A DNA stretch of 64,000 nucleotides from Nemertoderma westbladi (GCA_032718475.1 JAUCBJ010008795.1:62001-126000); one strand, 5' to 3'; shown: positions 15,001 to 29,700, numbered from the stretch's first letter. Notes: generated from the sequence alone by a model not told the origin. Made by a program: numbers and translations.

Positions 15001-18000
15001 TTACTGTCCTGTGAGTACATCAGGAGGAACAGGTTAGGTGTTATTGTCCTGTGAGTACATCAGGAGGAACAGGTTAGGTGTTATTGTCCTGTGAGTACAT
15101 CAGTAGGAACAGGTTAGGTGTTATTGTCCAGGGAGTACATCATGAGGAACAGGTTAGGTGTTATTGTCCAGGGAGTACATCAGGAGGAACAGGTTAGGTG
15201 TTATTGTCCAGGGAGTACATCAGGAGGAACAGGTTAGGTGTTATTGTCCAGGGAGTACATCAGGAGGAACAGGTTAGGTGTTATTGTCCAGGGAGTACAT
15301 CATGAGGAACAGGTTAGGTGTTATTGTCCAGGGAGTACATCAGGAGGAACAGGTTAGGTGTTATTGTCCTGTGAGTACATCAGTAGGAACAGGTTAGGTG
15401 TTATTGTCCAGGGAGTACATCAGGAGGAACAGGTTAGGTGTTATTGTCCAGGGAGTACATCAGGAGGAACAGGTTAGGTGTTATTGTCCAGGGAGTACAT
15501 CATGAGGAACAGGTTAGGTGTTATTGTCCAGGGAGTACATCAGGAGGAACAGGTTAGGTGTTATTGTCCAGGGAGTACATCAGTAGGAACAGGTTAGGTG
15601 TTATTGTCCAGTGAGTACATCAGGAGGAACAGGTTAGGTGTTATTGTCCTGTGAGTACATCAGGAGGAACAGGTTAGGTGTTATTGTCCAGGGAGTACAT
15701 CAGTAGGAACAGGTTAGGTGTTATTGTCCTAGTGAGTACATCAGTAGGAACAGGTTAGGTGTTATTGTCCAGGGAGTACATCAGGAGGAACAGGTTAGGT
15801 GTTATTGTCCAGGGAGTACATCAGTAGGAACAGGTTAGGTGTTATTGTCCTGTGAGTACATCAGTAGGAACAGGTTAGGTGTTATTGTCCAGGGAGTACA
15901 TCAGTAGGAACAGGTTAGGTGTTATTGTCCTGTGAGTACATCAGGAGGAACAGGTTAGGTGTTATTGTCCAGGGAGTACATCAGTAGGAACAGGTTAGGT
16001 GTTATTGTCCAGTGAGTACATCAGTAGGAACAGGTTAGGTGTTATTGTCCAGGGAGTACATCAGGAGGAACAGGTTAGGTGTTATTGTCCAGGGAGTACA
16101 TCAGGAGGAACAGGTTAGGTGTTATTGTCCAGTGAGTACATCAGTAGGAACAGGTTAGGTGTTATTGTCCAGGGAGTACATCAGTAGGAACAGGTTAGGT
16201 GTTATTGTCCAGGGAGTACATCAGTAGGAACAGGTTAGGTGTTATTGTCCAGTGAGTACATCAGTGAGGAACAGGTTAGGTGTTATTGTCCAGTGAGTAC
16301 ATCAGTAGGAACAGGTTAGGTGTTATTGTCCAGGGAGTACATCAGTAGGAACAGGTTAGGTGTTATTGTCCAGGGAGTACATCATGAGGAACAGGTTAGG
16401 TGTTATTGTCCAGTGAGTACATCAGTGAGGAACAGGTTAGGTGTTATTGTCCAGGGAGTACATCAGTAGGAACAGGTTAGGTGTTATTGTCCAGGGAGTA
16501 CATCAGTAGGAACAGGTTAGGTGTTATTGTCCTGTGAGTACATCAGAGGAACAGGTTAGGTGTTATTGTCCAGTGAGTACATCAGAGGAACAGGTTAGGT
16601 GTTATTGTCCAGTGAGTACATCAGGAGGAACAGGTTAGGTGTTATTGTCCAGGGAGTACATCATGAGGAACAGGTTAGGTGTTATTGTCCAGGGAGTACA
16701 TCAGTAGGAACAGGTTAGGTGTTATTGTCCAGTGAGTACATCAGTAGGAACAGGTTAGGTGTTATTGTCCAGTGAGTACATCAGGAGGAACAGGTTAGGT
16801 GTTATTGTCCAGGGAGTACATCAGGAGGAACAGGTTAGGTGTTATTGTCCAGTGAGTACATCAGTAGGAACAGGTTAGGTGTTATTGTCCTGTGAGTACA
16901 TCAGTAGGAACAGGTTAGGTGTTATTGTCCAGGGAGTACATCATGAGGAACAGGTTAGGTGTTATTGTCCAGGGAGTACATCAGTAGGAACAGGTTAGGT
17001 GTTATTGTCCTGTGAGTACATCAGTAGGAACAGGTTAGGTGTTATTGTCCTGTGAGTACATCATGAGGAACAGGTTAGGTGTTATTGTCCTGTGAGTCAT
17101 CAGGAGGAACAGGTTAGGTGTTATTGTCCAGGGAGTACATCATGAGGAACAGGTTAGGTGTTATTGTCCTGTGAGTACATCATGAGGAACAGGTTAGGTG
17201 TTATTGTCCTGTGAGTACATCAGGAGGAACAGGTTAGGTGTTATTGTCCAGGGAGTACATCAGTAGGAACAGGTTAGGTGTTATTGTCCTGTGAGTACAT
17301 CATGAGGAACAGGTTAGGTGTTATTGTCCAGGGAGTACATCAGTAGGAACAGGTTAGGTGTTATTGTCCTAGTGAGTACATCAGTAGGAACAGGTTAGGT
17401 GTTATTGTCCTGTGAGTACATCAGGAGGAACAGGTTAGGTGTTATTGTCCAGGGAGTACATCAGGAGGAACAGGTTAGGTGTTATTGTCCAGGGAGTACA
17501 TCAGTAGGAACAGGTTAGGTGTTATTGTCCTGTGAGTACATCAGTAGGAACAGGTTAGGTGTTATTGTCCTGTGAGTACATCAGGAGGAACAGGTTAGGT
17601 GTTATTGTCCTGTGAGTACATCATGAGGAACAGGTTAGGTGTTATTGTCCAGTGAGTACATCAGTAGGAACAGGTTAGGTGTTATTGTCCTGTGAGTACA
17701 TCATGAGGAACAGGTTAGGTGTTATTGTCCAGGGAGTACATCAGGAGGAACAGGTTAGGTGTTATTGTCCTGTGAGTACATCATGAGGAACAGGTTAGGT
17801 GTTATTGTCCAGGGAGTACATCAGTAGGAACAGGTTAGGTGTTATTGTCCAGGGAGTACATCAGTGAGGAACAGGTTAGGTGTTATTGTCCAGGGAGTAC
17901 ATCAGTAGGAACAGGTTAGGTGTTATTGTCCTGTGAGTACATCAGTAGGAACAGGTTAGGTGTTATTGTCCTGTGAGTACATCAGTAGGAACAGGTTAGG

Positions 18001-21000
18001 TGTTATTGTCCAGGGAGTACATCAGTGAGGAACAGGTTAGGTGTTATTGTCCAGGGAGTACATCAGTAGGAACAGGTTAGGTGTTATTGTCCTGTGAGTA
18101 CATCAGTAGGAACAGGTTAGGTGTTATTGTCCTGTGAGTACATCATGAGGAACAGGTTAGGTGTTATTGTCCAGTGAGTACATCAGTGAGGAACAGGTTA
18201 GGTGTTATTGTCCTGTGAGTACATCAGTAGGAACAGGTTAGGTGTTATTGTCCAGGGAGTACATCATGAGGAACAGGTTAGGTGTTATTGTCCAGTGAGT
18301 ACATCAGTAGGAACAGGTTAGGTGTTATTGTCCTGTGAGTACATCAGGAGGAACAGGTTAGGTGTTATTGTCCAGGGAGTACATCATGAGGAACAGGTTA
18401 GGTGTTATTGTCCAGTGAGTACATCATGAGGAACAGGTTAGGTGTTATTGTCCAGTGAGTACATCAGTAGGAACAGGTTAGGTGTTATTGTCCAGGGAGT
18501 ACATCAGGAGGAACAGGTTAGGTGTTATTGTCCAGTGAGTACATCATGAGGAACAGGTTAGGTGTTATTGTCCAGTGAGTACATCAGGAGGAACAGGTTA
18601 GGTGTTATTGTCCTGTGAGTACATCATGAGGAACAGGTTAGGTGTTATTGTCCAGGGAGTACATCAGTAGGAACAGGTTAGGTGTTATTGTCCAGTGAGT
18701 ACATCAGTAGGAACAGGTTAGGTGTTATTGTCCAGTGAGTACATCATGAGGAACAGGTTAGGTGTTATTGTCCTGTGAGTACATCAGTAGGAACAGGTTA
18801 GGTGTTATTGTCCAGTGAGTACATCATGAGGAACAGGTTAGGTGTTATTGTCCAGGGAGTACATCAGTAGGAACAGGTTAGGTGTTATTGTCCAGTGAGT
18901 ACATCAGTGAGGAACAGGTTAGGTGTTATTGTCCAGTGAGTACATCAGTAGGAACAGGTTAGGTGTTATTGTCCAGTGAGTACATCAGTGAGGAACAGGT
19001 TAGGTGTTATTGTCCAGGGAGTACATCAGTGAGGAACAGGTTAGGTGTTATTGTCCAGGGAGTACATCAGAGGAACAGGTTAGGTGTTATTGTCCAGTGA
19101 GTACATCAGTAGGAACAGGTTAGGTGTTATTGTCCAGGGAGTACATCATGAGGAACAGGTTAGGTGTTATTGTCCAGTGAGTACATCAGTGAGGAACAGG
19201 TTAGGTGTTATTGTCCAGGGAGTACATCAGTGAGGAACAGGTTAGGTGTTATTGTCCAGGGAGTACATCAGTAGGAACAGGTTAGGTGTTATTGTCCAGT
19301 GAGTACATCAGTAGGAACAGGTTAGGTGTTATTGTCCAGGGAGTACATCATGAGGAACAGGTTAGGTGTTATTGTCCAGGGAGTACATCAGTAGGAACAG
19401 GTTAGGTGTTATTGTCCAGGGAGTACATCAGTAGGAACAGGTTAGGTGTTATTGTCCAGGGAGTACATCAGAGGAACAGGTTAGGTGTTATTGTCCAGTG
19501 AGTACATCATGAGGAACAGGTTAGGTGTTATTGTCCAGGGAGTACATCAGTAGGAACAGGTTAGGTGTTATTGTCCAGGGAGTACATCAGTGAGGAACAG
19601 GTTAGGTGTTATTGTCCAGTGAGTACATCAGTAGGAACAGGTTAGGTGTTATTGTCCAGGGAGTACATCATGAGGAACAGGTTAGGTGTTATTGTCCAGG
19701 GAGTACATCATGAGGAACAGGTTAGGTGTTATTGTCCAGTGAGTACATCAGTAGGAACAGGTTAGGTGTTATTGTCCAGGGAGTACATCAGAGGAACAGG
19801 TTAGGTGTTATTGTCCAGGGAGTACATCAGGAGGAACAGGTTAGGTGTTATTGTCCAGGGAGTACATCATGAGGAACAGGTTAGGTGTTATTGTCCAGGG
19901 AGTACATCAGTAGGAACAGGTTAGGTGTTATTGTCCAGGGAGTACATCAGTGAGGAACAGGTTAGGTGTTATTGTCCAGGGAGTACATCAGAGGAACAGG
20001 TTAGGTGTTATTGTCCAGGGAGTACATCAGGAGGAACAGGTTAGGTGTTATTGTCCAGGGAGTACATCAGTGAGGAACAGGTTAGGTGTTATTGTCCAGG
20101 GAGTACATCAGTGAGGAACAGGTTAGGTGTTATTGTCCAGGGAGTACATCAGGAGGAACAGGTTAGGTGTTATTGTCCAGGGAGTACATCAGTGAGGAAC
20201 AGGTTAGGTGTTATTGTCCAGGGAGTACATCAGTAGGAACAGGTTAGGTGTTATTGTCCAGGGAGTACATCAGGAGGAACAGGTTAGGTGTTATTGTCCA
20301 GGGAGTACATCATGAGGAACAGGTTAGGTGTTATTGTCCAGGGAGTACATCAGTAGGAACAGGTTAGGTGTTATTGTCCAGGGAGTACATCATGAGGAAC
20401 AGGTTAGGTGTTATTGTCCAGGGAGTACATCAGTGAGGAACAGGTTAGGTGTTATTGTCCAGGGAGTACATCATGAGGAACAGGTTAGGTGTTATTGTCC
20501 AGGGAGTACATCAGTAGGAACAGGTTAGGTGTTATTGTCCAGGGAGTACATCATGAGGAACAGGTTAGGTGTTATTGTCCAGTGAGTACATCAGTAGGAA
20601 CAGGTTAGGTGTTATTGTCCAGGGAGTACATCAGTGAGGAACAGGTTAGGTGTTATTGTCCAGGGAGTACATCAGGAGGAACAGGTTAGGTGTTATTGTC
20701 CAGTGAGTACATCATGAGGAACAGGTTAGGTGTTATTGTCCTGTGAGTACATCAGTAGGAACAGGTTAGGTGTTATTGTCCTGTGAGTACATCAGTAGGA
20801 ACAGGTTAGGTGTTATTGTCCAGTGAGTACATCAGGAGGAACAGGTTAGGTGTTATTGTCCAGGGAGTACATCAGTAGGAACAGGTTAGGTGTTATTGTC
20901 CAGTGAGTACATCAGGAGGAACAGGTTAGGTGTTATTGTCCAGGGAGTACATCATGAGGAACAGGTTAGGTGTTATTGTCCAGTGAGTACATCAGGAGGA

Positions 21001-24000
21001 ACAGGTTAGGTGTTATTGTCCAGGGAGTACATCAGTAGGAACAGGTTAGGTGTTATTGTCCAGGGAGTACATCATGAGGAACAGGTTAGGTGTTATTGTC
21101 CAGGGAGTACATCAGTAGGAACAGGTTAGGTGTTATTGTCCAGTGAGTACATCATGAGGAACAGGTTAGGTGTTACTGTCCTGTGAGTACATCAGTAGGA
21201 ACAGGTTATGTGTTATTGTCCAGGGAGTACATCAGTAGGAACAGGTTAGGTGTTATTGTCCTGTGAGTACATCAGTAGGAACAGGTTAGGTGTTATTGTC
21301 CTGTGAGTACATCAGTAGGTAAAGGTTAGGTGTTATTGTCCAGGGAGTACATCAGGAGGAACAGGTTAGGTGTTATTGTCCTGTGAGTACATCAGTAGGA
21401 ACAGGTTAGGTGTTATTGTCCTGTGAGTACATCAGGAGGAACAGGTTAGGTGTTATTGTCCAGGGAGTACATCAGTAGGAACAGGTTAGGTGTTATTGTC
21501 CAGTGAGTACATCAGTAGGAACAGGTTAGGTGTTATTGTCCAGGGAGTACATCAGTAGGAACAGGTTAGGTGTTACTGTCCTGTGAGTAAATCATGAGGA
21601 TCAGGTTAGGTTTTATTGTCCTGTGAGTAGGCCTACATCATGAGGAACAGATTAGGTGTTATTGTCCTGTGAGTACATCAGTAGGATCAGGTTATGTGTT
21701 ATTGTCCTGTGAAGGTTAGGTGTTATTGTGCAGTGAGTACATCATGAGGAACAGGTTAGGTGTTATTGTCCTGAGAGTACATCAGTAGGAACAGGTTAGG
21801 TGATATTGTCCAGGGAGTACATCAGTAGGAACAGGTTAGGTGTTATTGTCCTGTGAGTACATCAGGAGGAACAGGTTAGGTGTTATTGTCCTGTGAGTAC
21901 ATCAGTAGGAACAGGTTAGGTGTTATTGTCCTGTGAGTACATCAGTAGGAACAGGTTAGGTGTTATTGTCCAGGGAGTACATCAGTAGGAACAGGTTAGG
22001 TGTTATTGTCCTGTGAGTACATCAGGAGGAACAGGTTATGTGTTATTGTCCTGTGAGTACATCAGTAGGAACAGGTTAGGTGTTATTGTCCTGTGAGTAC
22101 ATCATGAGGAACAGGTTAGGTGTTATTGTCCTGTGAGTACATCAGTAGGAACAGGTTAGGTGTTATTGTCCAGGGAGTACATCAGTAGGAACAGGTTAGG
22201 TGTTATTGTCCTGTGAGTACATCAGTAGGAACAGGTTAGGTGTTATTGTCCGGAGTACATCAGTAGGAAAGGTTAGTGTTATTGTCCGGAGTACATCAGG
22301 AGGAACAGGTTAGGTGTTATTGTCCAGGGAGTACATCAGGAGGAACAGGTTAGGTGTTATTGTCCTGTGAGTACATCAGTAGGAACAGGTTAGGTGTTAT
22401 TGTCCTGTGAGTACATCATGAGGAACAGATTAGGTGTTATTGTCCTGTGAGTACATCAGTAGGATCAGGTTATGTGTTATTGTCCTGTGAGTACATCAGT
22501 AGGAACAGATTAGGTGTTATTGTCCAGTGAGTACATCAGTAGGTAAAGGTTAGGTGTTATTGTCCAGGGAGTACATCATGAGGAACAGATTAGGTGTTAC
22601 TGTCCTGTGAGTACATCAGTAGGAACAGATTAGGTGTTATTGTCCAGTGAGTACATCAGTAGGTAACAGGTTAGGTGTTATTGTCCAGGGAGTACATCAT
22701 GAGGAACAGATTAGGTGTTATTGTCCTGTGAGTACATCAGTAGGAACAGGTTAGGTGTTATTGTCCAGTGAGTACATCAGTAGGAACAGGTTAGGTGTTA
22801 TTGTCCAGGGAGTACATCATGAGGAACAGGTTAGGTGTTATTGTCCAGTGAGTACATCAGTAGGAACAGGTTATGTGTTATTGTCCAGGGAGTACATCAG
22901 TAGGAACAGGTTAGGTGTTATTGTCCTGTGAGTACATCAGTAGGAACAGGTTAGGTGTTATTGTCCTGTGAGTACATCAGTAGGTAAAGGTTAGGTGTTA
23001 TTGTCCAGGGAGTACATCAGGAGGAACAGGTTAGGTGTTATTGTCCTGTGAGTACATCAGTAGGAACAGGTTAGGTGTTATTGTCCTGTGAGTACATCAG
23101 TAGGATCAGGTTATGTGTTATTGTCCTGTGAGTACATCAGTAGGAACAGATTAGGTGTTATTGTCCAGTGAGTACATCAGTAGGAACAGGTTAGGTGTTA
23201 TTGTCCTGTGAGTACATCAGGAGGAACAGGTTAGGTGTTATTGTCCAGTGAGTACATCAGTAGGAACAGGTTAGGTGTTATTGTCCTGTGAGTACATCAG
23301 GAGGAACAGGTTAGGTGTTATTGTCCTGTGAGTACATCAGTAGGAACAGGTTAGGTGTTATTGTCCAGGGAGTACATCAGTAGGAACAGGTTAGGTGTTA
23401 TTGTCCTGTGAGTACATCAGTAGGAACAGGTTAGGTGTTATTGTCCAGGGAGTACATCAGTAGGAACAGGTTAGGTGTTATTGTCCTGTGAGTACATCAG
23501 TAGGATCAGGTTATGTGTTATTGTCCTGTGAGTACATCAGTAGGAACAGATTAGGTGTTATTGTCCAGTGAGTACATCAGTAGGAACAGGTTAGGTGTTA
23601 TTGTCCTGTGAGTACATCAGGAGGAACAGGTTAGGTGTTATTGTCCTGTGAGTACATCAGTAGGAACAGGTTAGGTGTTATTGTCCAGGGAGTACATCAT
23701 GAGGAACAGGTTAGGTGTTATTGTCCAGTGAGTACATCAGTAGGATCAGGTTATGTGTTATTGTCCTGTGAGTACATCAGTAGGAACAGGTTAGGTGTTA
23801 CTGTCCTGTGAGTAAATCATGAGGATCAGGTTAGGTTTTATTGTCCTGTGAGTAGGCCTACATCATGAGGAACAGATTAGGTGTTATTGTCCTGTGAGTA
23901 CATCAGTAGGATCAGGTTATGTGTTATTGTCCTGTGAGTACATCAGTAGGAACAGATTAGGTGTTATTGTCCAGTGAGTACATCAGTAGGAACAGATTAG

Positions 24001-27000
24001 GTGTTATTGTCCAGTGAGTACATCAGTAGGATCAGGTTATGTGTTATTGTCCTGTGAGTACATCAGTAGGAACAGGTTAGGTGTTACTGTCCTGTGAGTA
24101 AATCATGAGGATCAGGTTAGGTTTTATTGTCCTGTGAGTAGGCCTACATCATGAGGAACAGATTAGGTGTTATTGTCCTGTGAGTACATCAGTAGGATCA
24201 GGTTATGTGTTATTGTCCTGTGAGTACATCAGTAGGAACAGGTTAGGTGTTATTGTCCAGTGAGTACATCATGAGGAACAGGTTAGGTGTTATTGTGCAG
24301 TGAGTACATCATGAGGAACAGGTTAGGTGTTATTGTCCAGGGAGTACATCAGTAGGAACAGGTTAGGTGTTATTGTCCTGTGAGTACATCATGAGGAACA
24401 GGTTAGGTGTTATTGTACAGGGAGTACATCATGAGGAACAGGTTAGGTGTTATTGTCCAGTGAGTACATAATGAGGATCAGGTTAGGTTTTATTGTCCTG
24501 TGAGTAGGCCTACATCATGAGGAACAGATTAGGTGTTATTGTCCAGTGAGTACATCAGTAGGATCAGGTTATGTGTTATTGTCCTGTGAGTACATCAGTA
24601 GGAACAGGTTAGGTGTTACTGTCCTGTGAGTAAATCATGAGGATCAGGTTAGGTTTTATTGTCCTGTGAGTAGGCCTACATCATGAGGAACAGATTAGGT
24701 GTTATTGTCCAGTGAGTACATCAGTAGGATCAGGTTATGTGTTATTGTCCTGTGAGTACATCAGTAGGAACAGGTTAGGTGTTATTGTCCAGTGAGTACA
24801 TCAGTAGGAACAGATTAGGTGTTATTGTCCAGTGAGTACATCAGTAGGATCAGGTTATGTGTTATTGTCCTGTGAGTACATCAGTAGGAACAGGTTAGGT
24901 GTTACTGTCCAGTGAGTACATCAGTAGGAACAGGTTAGGTGTTATTGTCCAGGGAGTACATCAGGAGGAACAGGTTAGGTGTTATTGTCCAGTGAGTACA
25001 TCAGTAGGAACAGGTTAGGTGTTATTGTCCAGTGAGTACATCAGGAGGAACAGGTTAGGTGTTATTGTCCTGTGAGTACATCAGTAGGAACAGGTTAGGT
25101 GTTATTGTCCTGTGAGTACATCAGTAGGAACAGGTTAGGTGTTACTGTCCAGTGAGTACATCAGTAGGAACAGGTTAGGTGTTATTGTCCTGTGAGTACA
25201 TCAGTAGGAACAGGTTAGGTGTTATTGTCCAGTGAGTACATCAGTAGGAACAGATTAGGTGTTATTGTCCAGTGAGTACATCAGTAGGATCAGGTTATGT
25301 GTTATTGTCCTGTGAGTACATCAGTAGGAACAGGTTAGGTGTTACTGTCCTGTGAGTACATCAGTAGGAACAGGTTAGGTGTTATTGTCCAGGGAGTACA
25401 TCATGAGGAACAGGTTAGGTGTTATGGTCCTGTGAGTACATCATGAGGAACAGGTTAGGTGTTATTGTCCAGGGAGTACATCAGTAGGAACAGGTTAGGT
25501 GTTACTGTCCTGTGAGTACATCAGTAGGAACAGGTTAGGTGTTATTGTCCTGTGAGTACATCATGAGGAACAGGTTAGGTGTTATTGTCCAGGGAGTACA
25601 TCAGTAGGAACAGGTTAGGTGTTATTGTCCAGTGAGTACATCATGAGGAACATGTTAGGTGTTATGGTCGAGTGAGTACATCAGGAGGAAAAGGTTAGGT
25701 GTTATTGTCCTGTGAGTACATCATGAGGAACAGGTTAGGTGTTATTGTCCAGGGAGTACATTAGTAGGAACAGGTTAGGTGTTATTGTCCAGTGAGTACA
25801 TCAGTAGGAACAGGTTAGGTGTTACTGTCCTGTGAGTACATCAGGAGGAACAGGTTAGGTGTTATTGTCCAATGAGTACATCAGGAGGAACAGGTTAGGT
25901 GTTATTGTCCTGTGAGTACATCAGTGGGAACAGGTTAGGTGTTATTGTCCAATGAGTACATCAGGAGGAACAGGTTAGGTGTTACTGTCCTGTGAGTACA
26001 TCAGGAGGAACAGGTTAGGTGTTATTGTCCAATGAGTACATCAGGAGGAACAGGTTAGGTGTTATTGTCCTGTGAGTACATCAGTGGGAACAGGTTAGGT
26101 GTTATTGTCCAATGAGTACATCAGGAGGAACAGGTTAGGTGTTACTGTCCTGTGAGTACATCAGGAGGAACAGGTTAGGTGTTATTGTCCAATGAGTACA
26201 TCAGGAGGAACAGGTTAGGTGTTATTGTCCTGTGAGTACATCAGTGGGAACAGGTTAGGTGTTACTGTCCTGTGAGTACATCATGAGGAACAGGTTAGGT
26301 GTTATTGTTTCTGTGAGTACATCAGTGGGAACAGATTAGGTGTTACTGTCCTGTGAATACATCATGAGGAACAGGTTAGGTGTTACTGTCCTGTGAGTAC
26401 ATCAGGAGGAACAGGTTAGGTGTTATTGTCCTGTGAGTACATCAGTGGGAACAGGTTAGGTGTTACTGTCCTGTGAGTACATCATGAGGAACAGGTTAGG
26501 TGTTATTGTTTCTGTGAGTACATCAGTGGGAACAGGTTAGGTGTTACTGTCCTGTGAGTACATCAGGAGGAACAGGTTAGGTGTTATTGTCCTGTGAGTA
26601 CATCAGTGGGAACAGGTTAGGTGTTACTGTCCTGTAAGTACATCATGAGGAACAGGTTATGTGTTATTGTTTCTGTGAGTACATCAGTGGGAACAGGTTA
26701 GGTGTTACTGTCCTGTGAGTACATCATGAGGAACAGGTTAGGTGTTACTGTCCTGTGAGTACATCATGAGGAACAGGTTAGGTGTTATTGTCCAGGGAGT
26801 ACATCAGGAGGAACAGGTTAGGTGTTATTGTGCAGTGAGTACATCAGGAGGAACAGGTTAGGTGTTATTGTCCTGTGAGTACACCAGTGGGAACAGGTTA
26901 GGTGTTACTGTCCTGTGAGTACATCATGAGGAACAGGTTAGGTGTTACTGTCCTGTGAGTACATCATGAGGAACAGGTTAGGTGTTATTGTCCTGTGAGT

Positions 27001-28210
27001 ACATCAGGAGGAACAGGTTAGGTGTTATTGTCCAGTGAGTACATTAGTAGGAACAGGTTAGGTGTTATTGTCCTGTGAGTACATCAGGAGGAACAGGTTA
27101 GGTGTTATTGTCCAGGGAGTACATCAGGAGGAACAGGTTAGGTGTTATTGTCCAATGAGTACATCAGGAGGAACAGGTTAGGTGTTATTGTCCTGTGAGT
27201 ACATCAGTGGGAACAGGTTAGGTGTTACTGTCCTGTGAGTACATCATGAGGAACAGGTTAGGTGTTATTGTTTCTGTGAGTACATCAGTAGGAAAAAGGT
27301 TAGGTGTTATAGTACAGGGAGTACATCATGAGGAACAGGTTAGGTGTTACTGTCCTGTGAGTACATCATGAGGAACAGGTTAGGTGTTATTGTCCAGTGA
27401 GTACATCATGAGGAACAGGTTAGGTGTTATTGTCCTGTGAGTACATCAGTAGGAACAGGTTAGGTGTTAATGTGCAGTGAGTACATCATGAGGAACACGT
27501 TAGGTGTTATTGTCCTGTGAGTACATCAGGAGGAAAAGGTTAGGTGTTATTGTCCAGGGAGTACACCAGGAGGAACAGGTTAGGTGTTATTGTCCTGTGA
27601 GTACATCAGTAGGAATAGGTTAGGTGTTATTGTCTAGTGAGTACATCATGATGAACAGGTTAGGTGTTATTGTCCTATGAGTGCATCAGGAGGAACAGGT
27701 TAGGTGTTATTGTCCAGGGAGTACATAATGAGGAACAGGTTAGGTGTTGTTGTCCTATGAGTACATCAGGAGGAACAGGTTAGGTGTTATTGTCCAGTGA
27801 GTACATCATGAGGAACAGGTTAGGTGTTATTGTCCTGTGAGTACATCAGTAGGAAAAGGTTAGGTGTTATTGTCCAGGGAGTACATCATGAGGAACAGGT
27901 TAGGTGTAACTGTCCTGTGAGTACATCAGTAGGAACAGGTTAGGTGTTATTGTACAGGGAGTACATCAGGAGGAACAGGTTAGGTGTTATTGTCCTGGGA
28001 GTACATAAGGAGGAACAGGTTAGGTGTTATTGTCCAGGGAGTACATCATGAGGAACAGGTTAGGTGTTATTGTCCAGGGAGTACATCAGTAGGAACAGGT
28101 TAGGTGTTATTGTCCTGTGAGTACATCAGTAGGAAAAGGTTAGGTGTTATTGTCCAGTGAGTACATCATGATGAACAGTTTAGCTGTCATTGCCCAGTGA
28201 GTACATCATC
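1..28210 (+). repeat. 40-bp tandem satellite (~700 monomers, open at window start), filling an intron of DHX38/PRP16
   Basis: Consensus TTATTGTCC(AGT/AGG/TGT)GAGTACATCA(GTA/TGA/GGA)GGAACAGGTTAGGTG repeated continuously; last degenerate copy ends ~22 bp before the acceptor TTTCAG at 28227-28232. Confidence 0.98.
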
Positions 28211-28893
28211 AATCACATTTTATCTATTTCAGGTTGGCAAAGTTGCTGTGCGGAAGATTTCGGCACAGCGTCAGCAGTTGAATGCGGACAACGTTGCCTG
28301 GGAGACCAGTCGGATGATACGATCCGGGGTGGTCCATTTGGCGAGTGCGGACCCGGACGCTGTAACCGAGACCGAAGGAACCAAAGTACATCTCCTCGTC
28401 CACAACATCGTTCCGCCCTTCCTGGACGGCCGTCTAACCTTCACGAAGCAGCCGGAGCCAGTGGTTCCGATACGAGATCCATCGAGCGCCATGGTTCAGT
28501 TCGCCCGGGCTGGTTCGCTGCTGGTCCGACGGCATCGAGAGGCTCAGGAGAAACGGAAGTCCGCTAAGAAGGAGTGGGAGTTAGCAGGAACCAAGCTAGG
28601 GGATATAATGGGGGTTGAGAAACCCAAAGATGAGGAAGACATAGCGGTTGACGATAAGGGAGAAGTCGATTACAAGTCGAATCAGAAGTTCTCGAGTTTG
28701 TTGCCAAAGTCCTCGGAATCCAAGTGTTTCTGGAAGCAGCGCCAGTTCCTCCCGATATTCGCAGTCCGTTCCGAATTTATACGGATCGTTCGTGACCATC
28801 AGATAGTCGTCGTTGTTGGGGAGACTGGCAGTGGGAAGACCACGCAGCTGACGCAGTACCTGTACGAGGAAGGGTACGCGAGTAGAGGTTGCA

Positions 28894-29425
<532 letters not shown>

Positions 29426-29700
29426 CGAAGTGTGAAGTTGAGAAATTTCAAAATTTGACAAATCACCTTTTTAGATGTGCCGAAAAAAGTTCCAATATTA
29501 TGTCGAAATATAATCGTTGAAGTTACATGGTGCAAGCTGTATTCTTTAAAAATTGTAATTTTTGTCATTTTGAAAAATTATAATGTGCCGAAGGAATTTC
29601 ACTGCAACATGCAACTTTTACAACTTATTAAACCCATAAATTCTTGTACTTTATGTTGGGCTGTTCTGTTGTAATAATTTTCAAATCGCTTCTATCCCAG

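Noticed and set aside
20045-20528. Short ORFs in the satellite (MLLSREYISEEQ...)
   Set aside because: They depend on 41-bp AGTGAGG hybrid monomers that cluster at ~16-20.7 kb and look like consensus merges of two variants; likely assembly noise, not genes
1-28210. CRISPR-like array or telomeric repeat
   Set aside because: No unique spacers and no cas genes; TTAGG occurs once per 40-mer, not in tandem
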